64,000 bases of DNA from Candidatus Poseidoniales archaeon. GTDB taxonomy: Archaea; Thermoplasmatota; Poseidoniia; Poseidoniales; Thalassarchaeaceae. This document shows, piece after piece, positions 46,714 to 56,200 of the stretch (the first letter of the stretch is position 1; each line of letters begins with the position of its first letter). The translations under genes and the position numbers were made by a program. The notes under the pieces were generated by a model. The model worked only from the letters and a program-made list of their open reading frames with translations. It made no database searches and was not told the DNA's origin. The DNA lies in NCBI GenBank assembly GCA_012964335.1, contig DTUF01000032.1, positions 17,513-81,512 of the forward strand. Reading direction: 5' to 3'.

Positions 46714-49377
46714 TCAGAAACTGAAAAGATTCGCTTGGCGGTTTCCTTTGATTAAATCGTCACCACTCCAACCAAATGCTTCGGTAATGCGGCCAAGGGC
46801 AGTAGCCAAGCGTTTGACATAGAATTCAGGGTCATATTCAGTCTGTTCAACCCCTGTTTCATCTTCTAACCATGCTGCAACTTCCATCGGGCTTTTACTA
46901 AAATCAGTCACCAACCAGCCAACTTTCATCCCTGGAGTGAAATTGAGTCCTGCCTCAATCCGCTGTTTAGCGGCTCTAACCTGTACCATCCTATCTGGGT
47001 TAACATATGTGCTGGAGAAGTCTATTTCCCCACCTGCTCCAACTTTACCCTTGCATGATTTACTAATCACCAAATCTCGTGGAGCGACATTACCGCCTTT
47101 CACTTTGTTAATCAAGGACATACACATGTTGACGGCTGCATCTGATTCGCCGTCAAGAATCATCTCAAAAAGTTCGGTCATGACATCTGTGAGTAGTGTG
47201 AAGGAGTCGGTTCGCCTAACTTCATAACCACGAATGAGGAGTTTTGGTTCGGGCCATATTACTTGACCGACATAGCGCTTTTTTGCTCCGTGACTGAAAA
47301 ATGATGAGAGCCCTGTCTCAAACTCTAGTTCGGCCCCTTCTTTGGTGAAGCGGTCTGCTAATTCATCACCAAATTTGACAAGTTCATTTGATGCTTCATC
47401 CCAAGCCGTACGGTCTTCTCCTTTGGCTGGTTCTTTCAAAGGGGCATCTTCCTTGACTGGTGCTTCGACAAACACACTGTCAGTATCGCTGTAAACAACA
47501 TGGTGACCTTCTTCATCAAGTTGATTGATGATGCTCTTAATGTTTGATCTTGCCCATGCGGTGATTGATGAGCCCAAATCTTCGTGGGTGAAACGATAGA
47601 ATTTGGAGGCGAATACTCCGTAAAATGAATTCATTAGAATTTTTACTGCGTATTGCATTTTATCGTGGAATTGCTCGGCTACTTTGTCGCCTGACTCTTG
47701 GGCTATTTTGAGAGCTGCTTTGTGCTCGGACCTCAAGTTCATCAAATCTTCAAGGAGGCGGGGGATTATTCCACGGCGAGTTTCTACTGGTAGGAATTTT
47801 GCGCCAAGAGGTGATTCGTGGTATCCAGATTCTGGGACCTCATCGGGGCGAGTGTTTTTGTCAATTCTTGTAGTATAACAGATATTGTTTGAAATCATGA
47901 TAGATGGATACATCGATTTGAAATCAAGCACAGCAATCCAACGGGATACTCCTGCTTCTACTTCGTGTACATAGCCGCCAACTATTTGCTCGCCGCGGCC
48001 ACCTCTATTTGTTCGTGGTACTGCAATATTTTCTCTGTCTGCTAGTCTGATGACAAGGCTGTCAATCCATTGTGAGGTGGTCCCTGAAATCGCTACTTCT
48101 AGCGGAACGGCTGCTACAGATGCTAATGCTTCTTTTCTCTTGACAGCGGAGATTTCTCTCAAAATTTCCAAAGGTAGGATGGTATCTTGAACACAATATT
48201 CCATCACAACATCTGGCCTTTCAGCCCATTCCATATCCATTTGCGATGCATCAACATCCATCTTTTGCAGGTCTTCATTTTCAGGCCAAAGCAATCTACA
48301 GACATATTTGAGAGTCTCGCGCTTTGGCCGTAACACAGTTCTTGCCTGCCACCACGCATCTAGGACACAGCGGCCATGAATTCGCCAAGTTCGCCGGTTA
48401 GAATCTCGGCCAGGAATCAAACGCTTTGCTTCACTCTCAATGATTGGCACTCGCCCCCAGCCGAACAAATCTGCGCCGCTAGAGAAATCATTCCTATTGG
48501 CAAGAGACTTCATGCGAGTGTGCAAACGTGGTAGGTCAAAATTGTCTATGTTGTAGCCGGTAATAATGTCAGGGTCATATTCTCTGACCAACTGACTAAG
48601 GCCAGCGAGAATTTCTTTTTCACTTCCTTGAAATTCGCGGATTACACGCTCCCCATCCCCTTGTTGAATAACTGCAGCAGCACACAAAATAGTCTCTTCA
48701 ACAATTGATGTCTCAAGGTCAAAAGACATCAAAACGAAAGGTGTGGAAAATGGTTCACAACGTACAACTTTCGTAAAATCACAAGTCGCTATCAAGTCAA
48801 CTGGATAGAGTCCTGAACCACCTATCTCGCGGATCTTATCTGCAGCCTGAAGTCTTGCAGATTCGCCTTTATTTAATTCAGGTAATTCTTCAAGCAGTGC
48901 TTCCGGAACATTTTGACTGGCCCACAAAACTTCGGCTTCAGCAGAAATATGTGGGCCGATATCATTGTCCATAAACAGCCTATTAATGAACGGAATATCA
49001 GCACTTGTCACGGTCCAATCTCGCTCTAATTGTTCTCTTACTTTAGGGCCAGTTGAAACAGCCCATGGCTGAGAGACTTCAACCCGCCAATGTGGCTTCA
49101 CACCTCGCTCTGACCATTTGTCAACCGGCGCGTGTACTTTCGTGACTCCCTTTATTGACCTAACTTGGTCTAGTAAATCATCAAGGTTTGTGGGAGTTTT
49201 CGGACTTCCTGGAACTGAAATTTCTAACCATGGCCGGACTCCAGTTACTAGCAAGAGAATGGAGTGGCCCTCGCGCGCACGGCACCACAACTCAATCACT
49301 GTTTCAGGTCCTGAATCTGTATCCCTACCCATGTAGGAGCCTTGCACCACGCAACTTTGCACGGTTGTAAGCACCAT
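46714..49377 (-). CDS. polB: family B DNA polymerase
   Basis: Exo I FDLETS, PolA motif DFKSMYPSIMISNNI, PolC motif VVYSDTDSVFV, and KKRYVG. The sequence is continuous, with no intein-like insertion seen. I place the start at the ATG at 49377 (MVLTTVQSC...). The 53 codons upstream in the ORF track look non-coding and run up to the divergent ilvE gene and across its promoter region. Confidence 0.93.
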   Translation of the reverse strand: MVLTTVQSCVVQGSYMGRDTDSGPETVIELWCRAREGHSILLLVTGVRPWLEISVPGSPKTPTNLDDLLDQVRSIKGVTKVHAPVDKWSERGVKPHWRVEVSQPWAVSTGPKVREQLERDWTVTSADIPFINRLFMDNDIGPHISAEAEVLWASQNVPEALLEELPELNKGESARLQAADKIREIGGSGLYPVDLIATCDFTKVVRCEPFSTPFVLMSFDLETSIVEETILCAAAVIQQGDGERVIREFQGSEKEILAGLSQLVREYDPDIITGYNIDNFDLPRLHTRMKSLANRNDFSSGADLFGWGRVPIIESEAKRLIPGRDSNRRTWRIHGRCVLDAWWQARTVLRPKRETLKYVCRLLWPENEDLQKMDVDASQMDMEWAERPDVVMEYCVQDTILPLEILREISAVKRKEALASVAAVPLEVAISGTTSQWIDSLVIRLADRENIAVPRTNRGGRGEQIVGGYVHEVEAGVSRWIAVLDFKSMYPSIMISNNICYTTRIDKNTRPDEVPESGYHESPLGAKFLPVETRRGIIPRLLEDLMNLRSEHKAALKIAQESGDKVAEQFHDKMQYAVKILMNSFYGVFASKFYRFTHEDLGSSITAWARSNIKSIINQLDEEGHHVVYSDTDSVFVEAPVKEDAPLKEPAKGEDRTAWDEASNELVKFGDELADRFTKEGAELEFETGLSSFFSHGAKKRYVGQVIWPEPKLLIRGYEVRRTDSFTLLTDVMTELFEMILDGESDAAVNMCMSLINKVKGGNVAPRDLVISKSCKGKVGAGGEIDFSSTYVNPDRMVQVRAAKQRIEAGLNFTPGMKVGWLVTDFSKSPMEVAAWLEDETGVEQTEYDPEFYVKRLATALGRITEAFGWSGDDLIKGNRQANLFSF

Positions 49378-49502
49378 CCAACTCTCCCGACATGGTAAGA
49401 GCCCAAAGAACCCTCGTAACCCGAAAAAGGGTAACGGTTGATAACCGAGTCCATGTCTTGAGGTTTGAATGAGCCGCCGCGGGCGGGCATAGGTGATTGA
49501 AA

Positions 49503-50546
49503 ATGAGTGATGATGTGTCAATTGATTGGGACTCAATGACGTTCAGTTTCACACCAACTGACATGATGTATCGCTCCACTTGCAAACAAGGAGAGCAATG
49601 GCAGGAAGGTGAGTTAGAGCCTTATGGTGATATCACAATTTCACCAGCCGCTGGAGTTCTAAATTACGGTCAAGGGCTGTTTGAGGGGATGAAAGCACAG
49701 CGAGGTGTCAACGGTGGAATTGTTCTATTCCGCCCCGAGCGAAACGCTCAGAGGCTAGCGGATGGGGCGAGAAGATTAGGTATGCCGCCAGTTCCTGAAG
49801 AAATGTTTCTCAATGCTGTTGAACAAGTTGTAGCGGCAAATGCGCGTTGGGTACCACCCACTGGGAAAGGGGCACTATATGTCCGCCCGGTTCTATGGGG
49901 AACTGGAGCAATTCTTGGAGTTGCACCAGCACCAGAATACACATTCATGATCTATGTCTCTCCAGTTGGGCCTTACTTCAAAGGAGGTATGCATCCTATT
50001 GCACTACAAGTTTCAGACGAATTCCACCGCGCTGCTCCAGGAGGTTCGGGTGCGGTCAAAGCAATCGGTAATTATGCACCAGGAATGATGCCTAGTCAGA
50101 ATGCAAAAAGTGATGGCTTTGCTGAAATCATCTATCTTGATGCTGTTCACCACAGATACATCGAAGAAGTGGGAGCGGCCAATTTCTTCTGCGTCAAGGA
50201 TGGAGTTATCTACACACCTGCACTTACTGGTACTATCCTTCCAGGGATAACAAGGGCGAGCATCATTGATTTGGCACGTCATCGAGGTTACGAGGTGAAA
50301 GAAGAAAAAGTGGACATTCAATTTGTGTTAGAGGCCGACGAATGTTTCTGTGCAGGAACGGCAGCAGTGATTTCACCAATAGGTGCAATTTGTCATGGTG
50401 AAATCTGCACCTCATATTGCAACAATCAGGTTGGGCCAGTAACTCAAGAACTGTACGATTTACTTACCTCAATTCAAATTCAGGCTGGAATTGATGAATT
50501 TGGCTGGATTCGCGCCGTGCCAACAGCTGAAATTACTGTTGATTAA
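49503..50546 (+). CDS. ilvE: branched-chain amino acid aminotransferase (fold type IV)
   Basis: VLNYGQGLFEGMKA, LYVRPVLWGTG, GAVKAIGNYA, EEVGAANFFCV, TPALTGTILPGITR. AGGTGA lies 6 nt before the ATG at 49503. Confidence 0.9.
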   Translation: MSDDVSIDWDSMTFSFTPTDMMYRSTCKQGEQWQEGELEPYGDITISPAAGVLNYGQGLFEGMKAQRGVNGGIVLFRPERNAQRLADGARRLGMPPVPEEMFLNAVEQVVAANARWVPPTGKGALYVRPVLWGTGAILGVAPAPEYTFMIYVSPVGPYFKGGMHPIALQVSDEFHRAAPGGSGAVKAIGNYAPGMMPSQNAKSDGFAEIIYLDAVHHRYIEEVGAANFFCVKDGVIYTPALTGTILPGITRASIIDLARHRGYEVKEEKVDIQFVLEADECFCAGTAAVISPIGAICHGEICTSYCNNQVGPVTQELYDLLTSIQIQAGIDEFGWIRAVPTAEITVD

Positions 50547-50561
50547 AAAGCGGAAATTGTG

Positions 50562-51008
50562 TCAAAGTTTCCATTTTTTCTTCTTTTGACGTCTAGGACC
50601 TTTTGATTTAACCTGCTTGCGCTGTGAGCGAGCTTGCTTGTCTCCAACCTTTGGACCGGCTTGTTTGGTAGCAATCTCTTGCTCCTTTAATTCACGTTGC
50701 TGACCTCGCCACTTGCTACCAATTGTCTGCATCACTGCTTCTTTGGAGGTTGTACCAAGGGTTGCCTGCAAATCTTTCTTTGAAAGCCAAAGTCGACCTT
50801 CTTTCTGTGATGCACGTTTTGGATGCTGAGTATCAGCCTCTCGTTTCATCTTGGTTAATCCAACATTTCGTGCCGCTAAAGCAAGTGTGTCAAGAGTTGG
50901 GTCAGAGACTGCTGATTCCTTGGGAACTCGGCGTCCCTGTGTACGAGAAAGTTTGGTGTTGAAATATCCCGGCCAGAGCACAATTCGGTCAGGATTATGG
51001 TCAGTCAT
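50562..51008 (-). CDS. srp19: signal recognition particle protein SRP19 with a long basic C-terminal tail
   Basis: RIVLWPGYFNTKLSRTQGRRVPKESAVSDPTLDTLALAARNVGL...HPKRASQKEGRLWL matches the SRP19 core. The tail is KQVKSKGPRRQKKKKWKL. Confidence 0.88.
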   Translation of the reverse strand: MTDHNPDRIVLWPGYFNTKLSRTQGRRVPKESAVSDPTLDTLALAARNVGLTKMKREADTQHPKRASQKEGRLWLSKKDLQATLGTTSKEAVMQTIGSKWRGQQRELKEQEIATKQAGPKVGDKQARSQRKQVKSKGPRRQKKKKWKL

Positions 51009-51063
51009 GGCTCTTCCTCAACTTTTGTCGGGGAACTCGTTCCCTATCAGGGCTACGGGAAAA

Positions 51064-51462
51064 TCACTCTTCAATTAGGACGCCGTTAAGGACTCCATCC
51101 TTGCCAGGACGAGATGTGAGACGAACTTTTCCAATATCGGTTTCAACAACTGTACCCTTAGTGATAATGTTTCGACGGACATAGTTGACATCAGCAGGGC
51201 TTTCAACCACGGTAACCATGTTGGCTTTCTTGGTGACGCCTTTCTTTGGGTCGTTAACATTGACAATATTGTCAGATAGGATTCGGACTGTCTGAATGCC
51301 TGAGCGCTTACGGTACACTTTACGATGAGGAGTTCCGATTGTAGCGAACTGTTTCTCGGATGCAATTTCGGTTCGACGCTTACCGCGGTAGCGGTTTGGT
51401 CGCTTCAGGCGACCGCCAGTTGGCTTGCGTCTTGAGATACCATGCCAGTGTGCCATTATCAT
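51064..51462 (-). CDS. rps8e: 30S ribosomal protein S8e
   Basis: HGISRRKPTGGRLKRPNRYRGKRRTEI...VRILSDNIVNVNDPKKG...NYVRRNIITKGTVVETDIGKVRLTSRPGKDGVLNGVLIEE. Confidence 0.93.
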   Translation of the reverse strand: MIMAHWHGISRRKPTGGRLKRPNRYRGKRRTEIASEKQFATIGTPHRKVYRKRSGIQTVRILSDNIVNVNDPKKGVTKKANMVTVVESPADVNYVRRNIITKGTVVETDIGKVRLTSRPGKDGVLNGVLIEE

Positions 51463-51578
51463 CCCTCGGGGTGCGGGCGACCTGCTCCCCTTATTTGAAA
51501 GCCACGATTAACACGTAGTTCAGCCGTTGGAGGTTATATAATCCGTACTAGTCGCCATAATTGAGGACGAAAGCGGTG

Positions 51579-51971
51579 ATGGAAATCAGCATGGAATTGC
51601 CAAATGTGCCTGGGTCACTAGCAAGGGTGACCGAAGCATTGGCTGAAGCGAATATCAATATTGAAACGATTTGTGCGATAGGGAGAGTCGCCCCAAACGT
51701 TGCACTGGTAACCAAGCAAGTACCTCAAGCCAAAGCTGTGCTTGACAAATTAGGTATCAACTACTCAGTTTCAGAACTTCTCAAAATGGTAATGCCCGAC
51801 GAACCCGGTGTCCTAGCGCAATTTTCTCGTCGATTGGCTGACGCAGGAGTAAATATGAACTCAATTTACATTCTCTCAAAGTTCAGAGGGGAAACCGAAC
51901 TGGTATTCAGTGTTGATGATCCGGTAAAGGCACGCGAAACTCTCAACATTCACGAATCAGTGCCGCCGTGA
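51579..51971 (+). CDS. ACT-domain protein (tandem ACT-like halves)
   Basis: MEISMELPNVPGSLARVTEALAEANINIETI and a second half MVMPDEPGVLAQFSRRLADAGVNMNSIY are typical ACT beta-alpha starts. Confidence 0.75.
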   Translation: MEISMELPNVPGSLARVTEALAEANINIETICAIGRVAPNVALVTKQVPQAKAVLDKLGINYSVSELLKMVMPDEPGVLAQFSRRLADAGVNMNSIYILSKFRGETELVFSVDDPVKARETLNIHESVPP

Positions 51972-51972
51972 T

Positions 51973-52665
51973 TTATTGGCAGTTGCCTGAGAATTGGCTG
52001 ATGATTTCGCCGGCTTCATTTTTCATCCACGCTGTAACTTTGTCACTAGGTGATAGAGGCCCCACTCCTGCCGGAGTACCGGTAAAAATCAGGTCACCTT
52101 CTGAAAGGGCCTCTTTTTGACTGAGCGCTGATATCAATGTTTCAACAGAGTGAACCATCAATGAGGTGTTTGAACTCTGTCTGAGTTCTCCATTCACGGA
52201 AAGGCCGATGTCGTAATCTCCCACAATGTAAGGAATCCAACCACCTACAACTGCAGCACCAGGAAATCCCTTTGCCTCAACCCATGAAGTCCCCTTTGAT
52301 TTCGCAACCGCTTGAGCGGTGCGGTCAGTGGTGTCACATCCTACAGCCATTGAAATTGGCTTCAAATCTGTACCTAATTGGACAACCAACTCAACTTCAT
52401 GTTCAATTTGATGTTCTGGGTTTCCTAAAGCCATGACAACTTTGCCATTTTCATCGGCCTCAACTACTGCTACGGGCGGCATGAAGAAAAATTTGGGAGT
52501 GGAAGGTGCTACTCCACCCATCTCCTCTGCATGCGCATGGTAATTTCTTCTAACCCCCCAAGCACCGTTCATGGTTTTGGGCAGAGGGTGATGGTTCTCA
52601 AGGTTGACCCATTGGGTTAAGCCGAGGGTTGAAGGGTGGGGTGCTAGCCTCAAGAGTCGTGGCAA
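51973..52665 (-). CDS. fumarylacetoacetate hydrolase (FAH) family protein
   Basis: GVRRNYHAHAEEMG, HEVELVVQLG, DTTDRTAQ, AKGFPGAAVVG, GDLIFTGTPAGVGPL. The start is uncertain (ATG 52665 or later). Confidence 0.85.
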   Translation of the reverse strand: MPRLLRLAPHPSTLGLTQWVNLENHHPLPKTMNGAWGVRRNYHAHAEEMGGVAPSTPKFFFMPPVAVVEADENGKVVMALGNPEHQIEHEVELVVQLGTDLKPISMAVGCDTTDRTAQAVAKSKGTSWVEAKGFPGAAVVGGWIPYIVGDYDIGLSVNGELRQSSNTSLMVHSVETLISALSQKEALSEGDLIFTGTPAGVGPLSPSDKVTAWMKNEAGEIISQFSGNCQ

Positions 52666-53171
52666 AGGATTGGAAGTTGAAGCAGCGAAAGCCAGTGCGG
52701 CACAAAAAAATCCGTGGCTTGATTGGGCGTTTGACTGAACCTTTGGCTCTTGAGGTTGATTTCTCTTCTACTTTTCTTGAGCAGGCAGAGTATGGGCCTT
52801 GGTCTCTATTGATTGTCGATAAATCACCTTTGGCAATGGAAGTTTTACCAGATGATGAGGGGGATCGAATCGCATTTCCCACACTTCGTGGATGTTTGGC
52901 TTGGGCTCCAGAAAAAAAATGGTGCGCGGTTGACCATGGTGCAATTCCGTTCTTACTGAATGGGGCTGACTGCATGGCAGCAGGTATTCATTCAGCTTGT
53001 GAATCAATAGAAAAAGGTGATTTAATCTGGATTCGTGACCAAGAACACAGTAAGCCGTTAGCAATTGGCTGGGCAACTATGAATGCGACAGATATGATTG
53101 CTGCAACTTCTGGTAAAGCAGTAAAATCAATTCATCATGTTGGAGATGAGTTGTGGGACCTAGAACTGTAA
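52629..53171 (+). CDS. PUA-domain RNA-binding protein
   Basis: C-terminal PUA signature AIPFLLNGADCMAAGI...KGDLIWIRDQEHSKPLAIGWATMNATDM...GKAVKSIHHVGDELWDL. The start is uncertain (TTG 52629, GTG 52659 or TTG 52677). The 5' end overlaps the divergent FAH gene start. Confidence 0.8.
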   Translation: MKGGVLASRVVAKDWKLKQRKPVRHKKIRGLIGRLTEPLALEVDFSSTFLEQAEYGPWSLLIVDKSPLAMEVLPDDEGDRIAFPTLRGCLAWAPEKKWCAVDHGAIPFLLNGADCMAAGIHSACESIEKGDLIWIRDQEHSKPLAIGWATMNATDMIAATSGKAVKSIHHVGDELWDLEL

Positions 53172-53217
53172 ATTAATGAACGCAATCATCATTAATACCT
53201 AAGATTAATGCATTATT
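53130..53217. repeat. copy 1 of an ~88-bp segment duplicated at 56720-56807 (last 13 codons plus stop of the PUA gene, and the intergenic leader)
   Basis: 53131-53210 matches 56721-56800 with 4 mismatches in 80 nt in my hand alignment. Both copies end at the ATG of a collagen-like/ELW-repeat gene. Confidence 0.85.
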
Positions 53218-56200
53218 ATGCGCAAGGATGTAATTGCCAGCTTGCTCGTTCTGCTAATGTTAGCGGCAACGGGTGGATACATGATTATGAACGATGGAAC
53301 TGATAATGATTCGCCCGATAATGGCGATGACAATAACGAGATTGGTGACGAATGGGACGTCTACTATGTCCAATCTAGAGATGACCTGCCCACCTGTGGT
53401 TCTACCACACTGGGACGACTATACTATGTCGCCTCAGCTGCTGGTTTTGAGACCTGCACAAATGTTGGTTGGGCGTTTGTCAATCTGACTGGGCCTGCTG
53501 GGTCTACTGGGCTTACCGGTGCTGAAGGTGCCAATGGTGCTCAAGGGCCTGCTGGTGTCAATGGCACTGATGGTGCAGATGGAGCTCAGGGGCTAGATGG
53601 TACTGATGGTACTGATGGTGCCAACGGCGTGAACGGAACTGATGGGGATGATGGTGCTGATGGTGCCAACGGTGCAGATGGTGTGAACGGCACTGATGGC
53701 ACCGATGGTGCTGATGGTGCCGATGGTGCCAACGGTGCAGACGGCCTGAACGGAACTGGGGCTGATGGGGTCAACGGCGTGGACGGCCATGATGGTACTG
53801 ACGGCATCAATGGAATAAACGGGACCGATGGACAGGACGGAGCCGACGGCGTGGATGGGCTGGATGGTATTGACGGCATCAATGGAATAAACGGGACCGA
53901 TGGACAGGACGGAGCTGACGGTGTGGACGGACACAGCGCGCTGGCGCGCACAAGCCCCGAATCTTCGGGCTCGAATTGTGCTGACGGCGGAATCAAGATA
54001 GAAGTCGGTGTAGATGACAACGACGACGGCGTGTTGCAGGTGAGCGAGGTCGACCAGACCAATTATGTCTGCAACGGAGCGGACGGACAGGACGGAGTGA
54101 ATGGAACAAATGGGGGTGCATCAGCAAACTCGATGCTGACCAGCATCTCTGCCCCCTCTCATGCTATGTGCTCAGGGGGGGGTCGCATCATGCAACAGGG
54201 GTTCGATAATGGCGATGGCGGGGGAACTGCTGCCAATGGCCAACTCGAGTCCGGCGAGATTGACTACGTGATGACATTATGCACGAATATGGTGGTGGGA
54301 CTCATCGCCGATCTTGATAAAAGCGAATTAGGCAGTCACCCCACCTACCTCGAAGCGGTCGGTAATACACTCTACTTCCGGTTTGACAACGGCACGAACG
54401 ACTACGAACTGTGGCAGTTCGACACCAGCACCTCTACCTCAACAAGCAACCCCTCGATGGTCTACGACATTTCGAGGATGAATAGCGGCGGTGACCCTCG
54501 ATACATCGAAGCGATTGGCACGACGCTCTACTTCCAGGCCAGCGATGGCACGGCTACGGGACAGCATGGCACCGAGTTGTGGCAGTTCGACACCACGAGC
54601 GCAGCCTCCTCAACCAACCCCTCGATGATCTACGACATCCGAAACGGCACTATAAGCAGCAACCCGAGATACCTCAAAGCGGTAGGGACCACTCTCTACT
54701 TCAATGCCTACGATTCTAACGGGCAGGAGTTGTGGAAGTTCGACACCACGAGCGCAGCCTCGTCGAGTAACCCCTCGATGGTCTACGACATTGTTTCCGG
54801 CGCGGGTAGCAGCAATCCGCTGTATCTTGGTTCAGTGGGCACTACGCTCTACTTCAACGCCATCGGAGGTGCTGTGAGCGGCTACGAACTGTGGCAGTTT
54901 GACACCACCAGCACAGCCTCTTCAAGTAACCCATCACTTGTCTACGACATTATTATCGGCTCGGATGGCAGCTATCCTATGTACCTCGAATCGGTGGGGA
55001 CAACACTCTACTTCCAGGCCAACGACGGCACAAACGGGCAGGAACTATGGCAGTTCGACACTACCAGCACGGCATCCTCAAGCAACCCATCGCTTGTCTA
55101 CAACATCTGGCCTGGGGGTCACAGCTATCCCACCCACCTCGGAGCGGTCGGCACGACTCTCTACTTCCAAGCCGATGACGGCCGCGGATATGGTAGAGAA
55201 CTGTGGCAGTTTAACACCACGAGCGGTGCCTCATCGGGTAATCCATCGATGGTCCAAGATTTCCTCATTGGCGTTGAGGGCAGCGAACCCAATTACCCCC
55301 AAGCGGTCGGCACATCACTCTACTTCGTGATTGAGCAGTCGGTCGGTGGGGGCCTATGGATGTTAGATACCTCGGCACCCTCCGCCATATCGAGTGAGTT
55401 GATTCTACCCACACCAAGAACCATTAGTTTCTTTGATCCCCAATCTAGTTGCCTAACGGAGGAAGTGTACGGCGACAAGGTATACGCATCAACAGAGCAT
55501 GGATTGTGGCAGATGGACCCCGCGTCCAAGAGCGGAATAGTTGTTGCTCATGGAATGGGGGGATGCCATTCTGAAATTATCGGCGACACGATGTATCACT
55601 CAGTTTACTTCGATGGAATCGGGTACGAACTGTGGAAATACAATTTCACCAATGGAGCTGAGGAACTGGTATACGACATCAACTCTGGCTCGGGCGATAG
55701 TGCCCCCGAATACCTAGAATCGGTCGGTACAACCCTCTACTTCCAAGCCGATGACGGCGGGGGACAGCAGGGAAGAGAATTGTGGAAGTTCGAGACCACC
55801 AGCACCTCTTCCTCGAGCAATCCCTCGATGGTCTACGACATCCGGTACGGCTCGCTAGACAGCAATCCCAATGACCTCACGGCGGTGGGGTCGACTCTCT
55901 ATTTCCAGGCTACTGATGGCACGAACGGGAACGAACTGTGGCAGTTCGACACCACGAGCGCGGCCTCGTCGAGTAACCCCTCGATGGTCTATGACATCTG
56001 GACTTACAATAACGGTAGTAATCCTCGATACTTAGAATCGCTCGGTACAACTCTTTACTTCCAAGCCAACGACGGCACGAACGGGGCCGAATTGTGGCAG
56101 TTCGATACCACGAGTGCTGTCTCCTCGAGCAACCCCTCGATGATTTATGACATTGTTTCCGGTTCGGGTAGCAGCAATCCCGAATACCTCAAAATTGTGG

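Noticed and set aside
46714-49377. Intein in the family-B DNA polymerase
   Set aside because: The polymerase motifs (FDLET, DFKSMYPS, YSDTDS, KKRYVG) occur at normal spacing. The 887-aa length fits an intein-free archaeal PolB.
49378-49536. 53-codon N-terminal extension of the PolB ORF, and small ORFs at 49296..49585
   Set aside because: The extension (MSPNQLTHHHSFSITYARPRRL...) is not polymerase-like. It would run up to the divergent ilvE gene and across its promoter region. The ATG at 49377 gives a normal PolB N-terminus.
53586-54062. 158-aa and 113-aa minus-strand ORFs (PS/SAP-rich)
   Set aside because: They are antisense reading of the G-X-Y (GGN-NNN-NNN) repeat. Open frames on the opposite strand are an expected artefact of collagen-like coding repeats.
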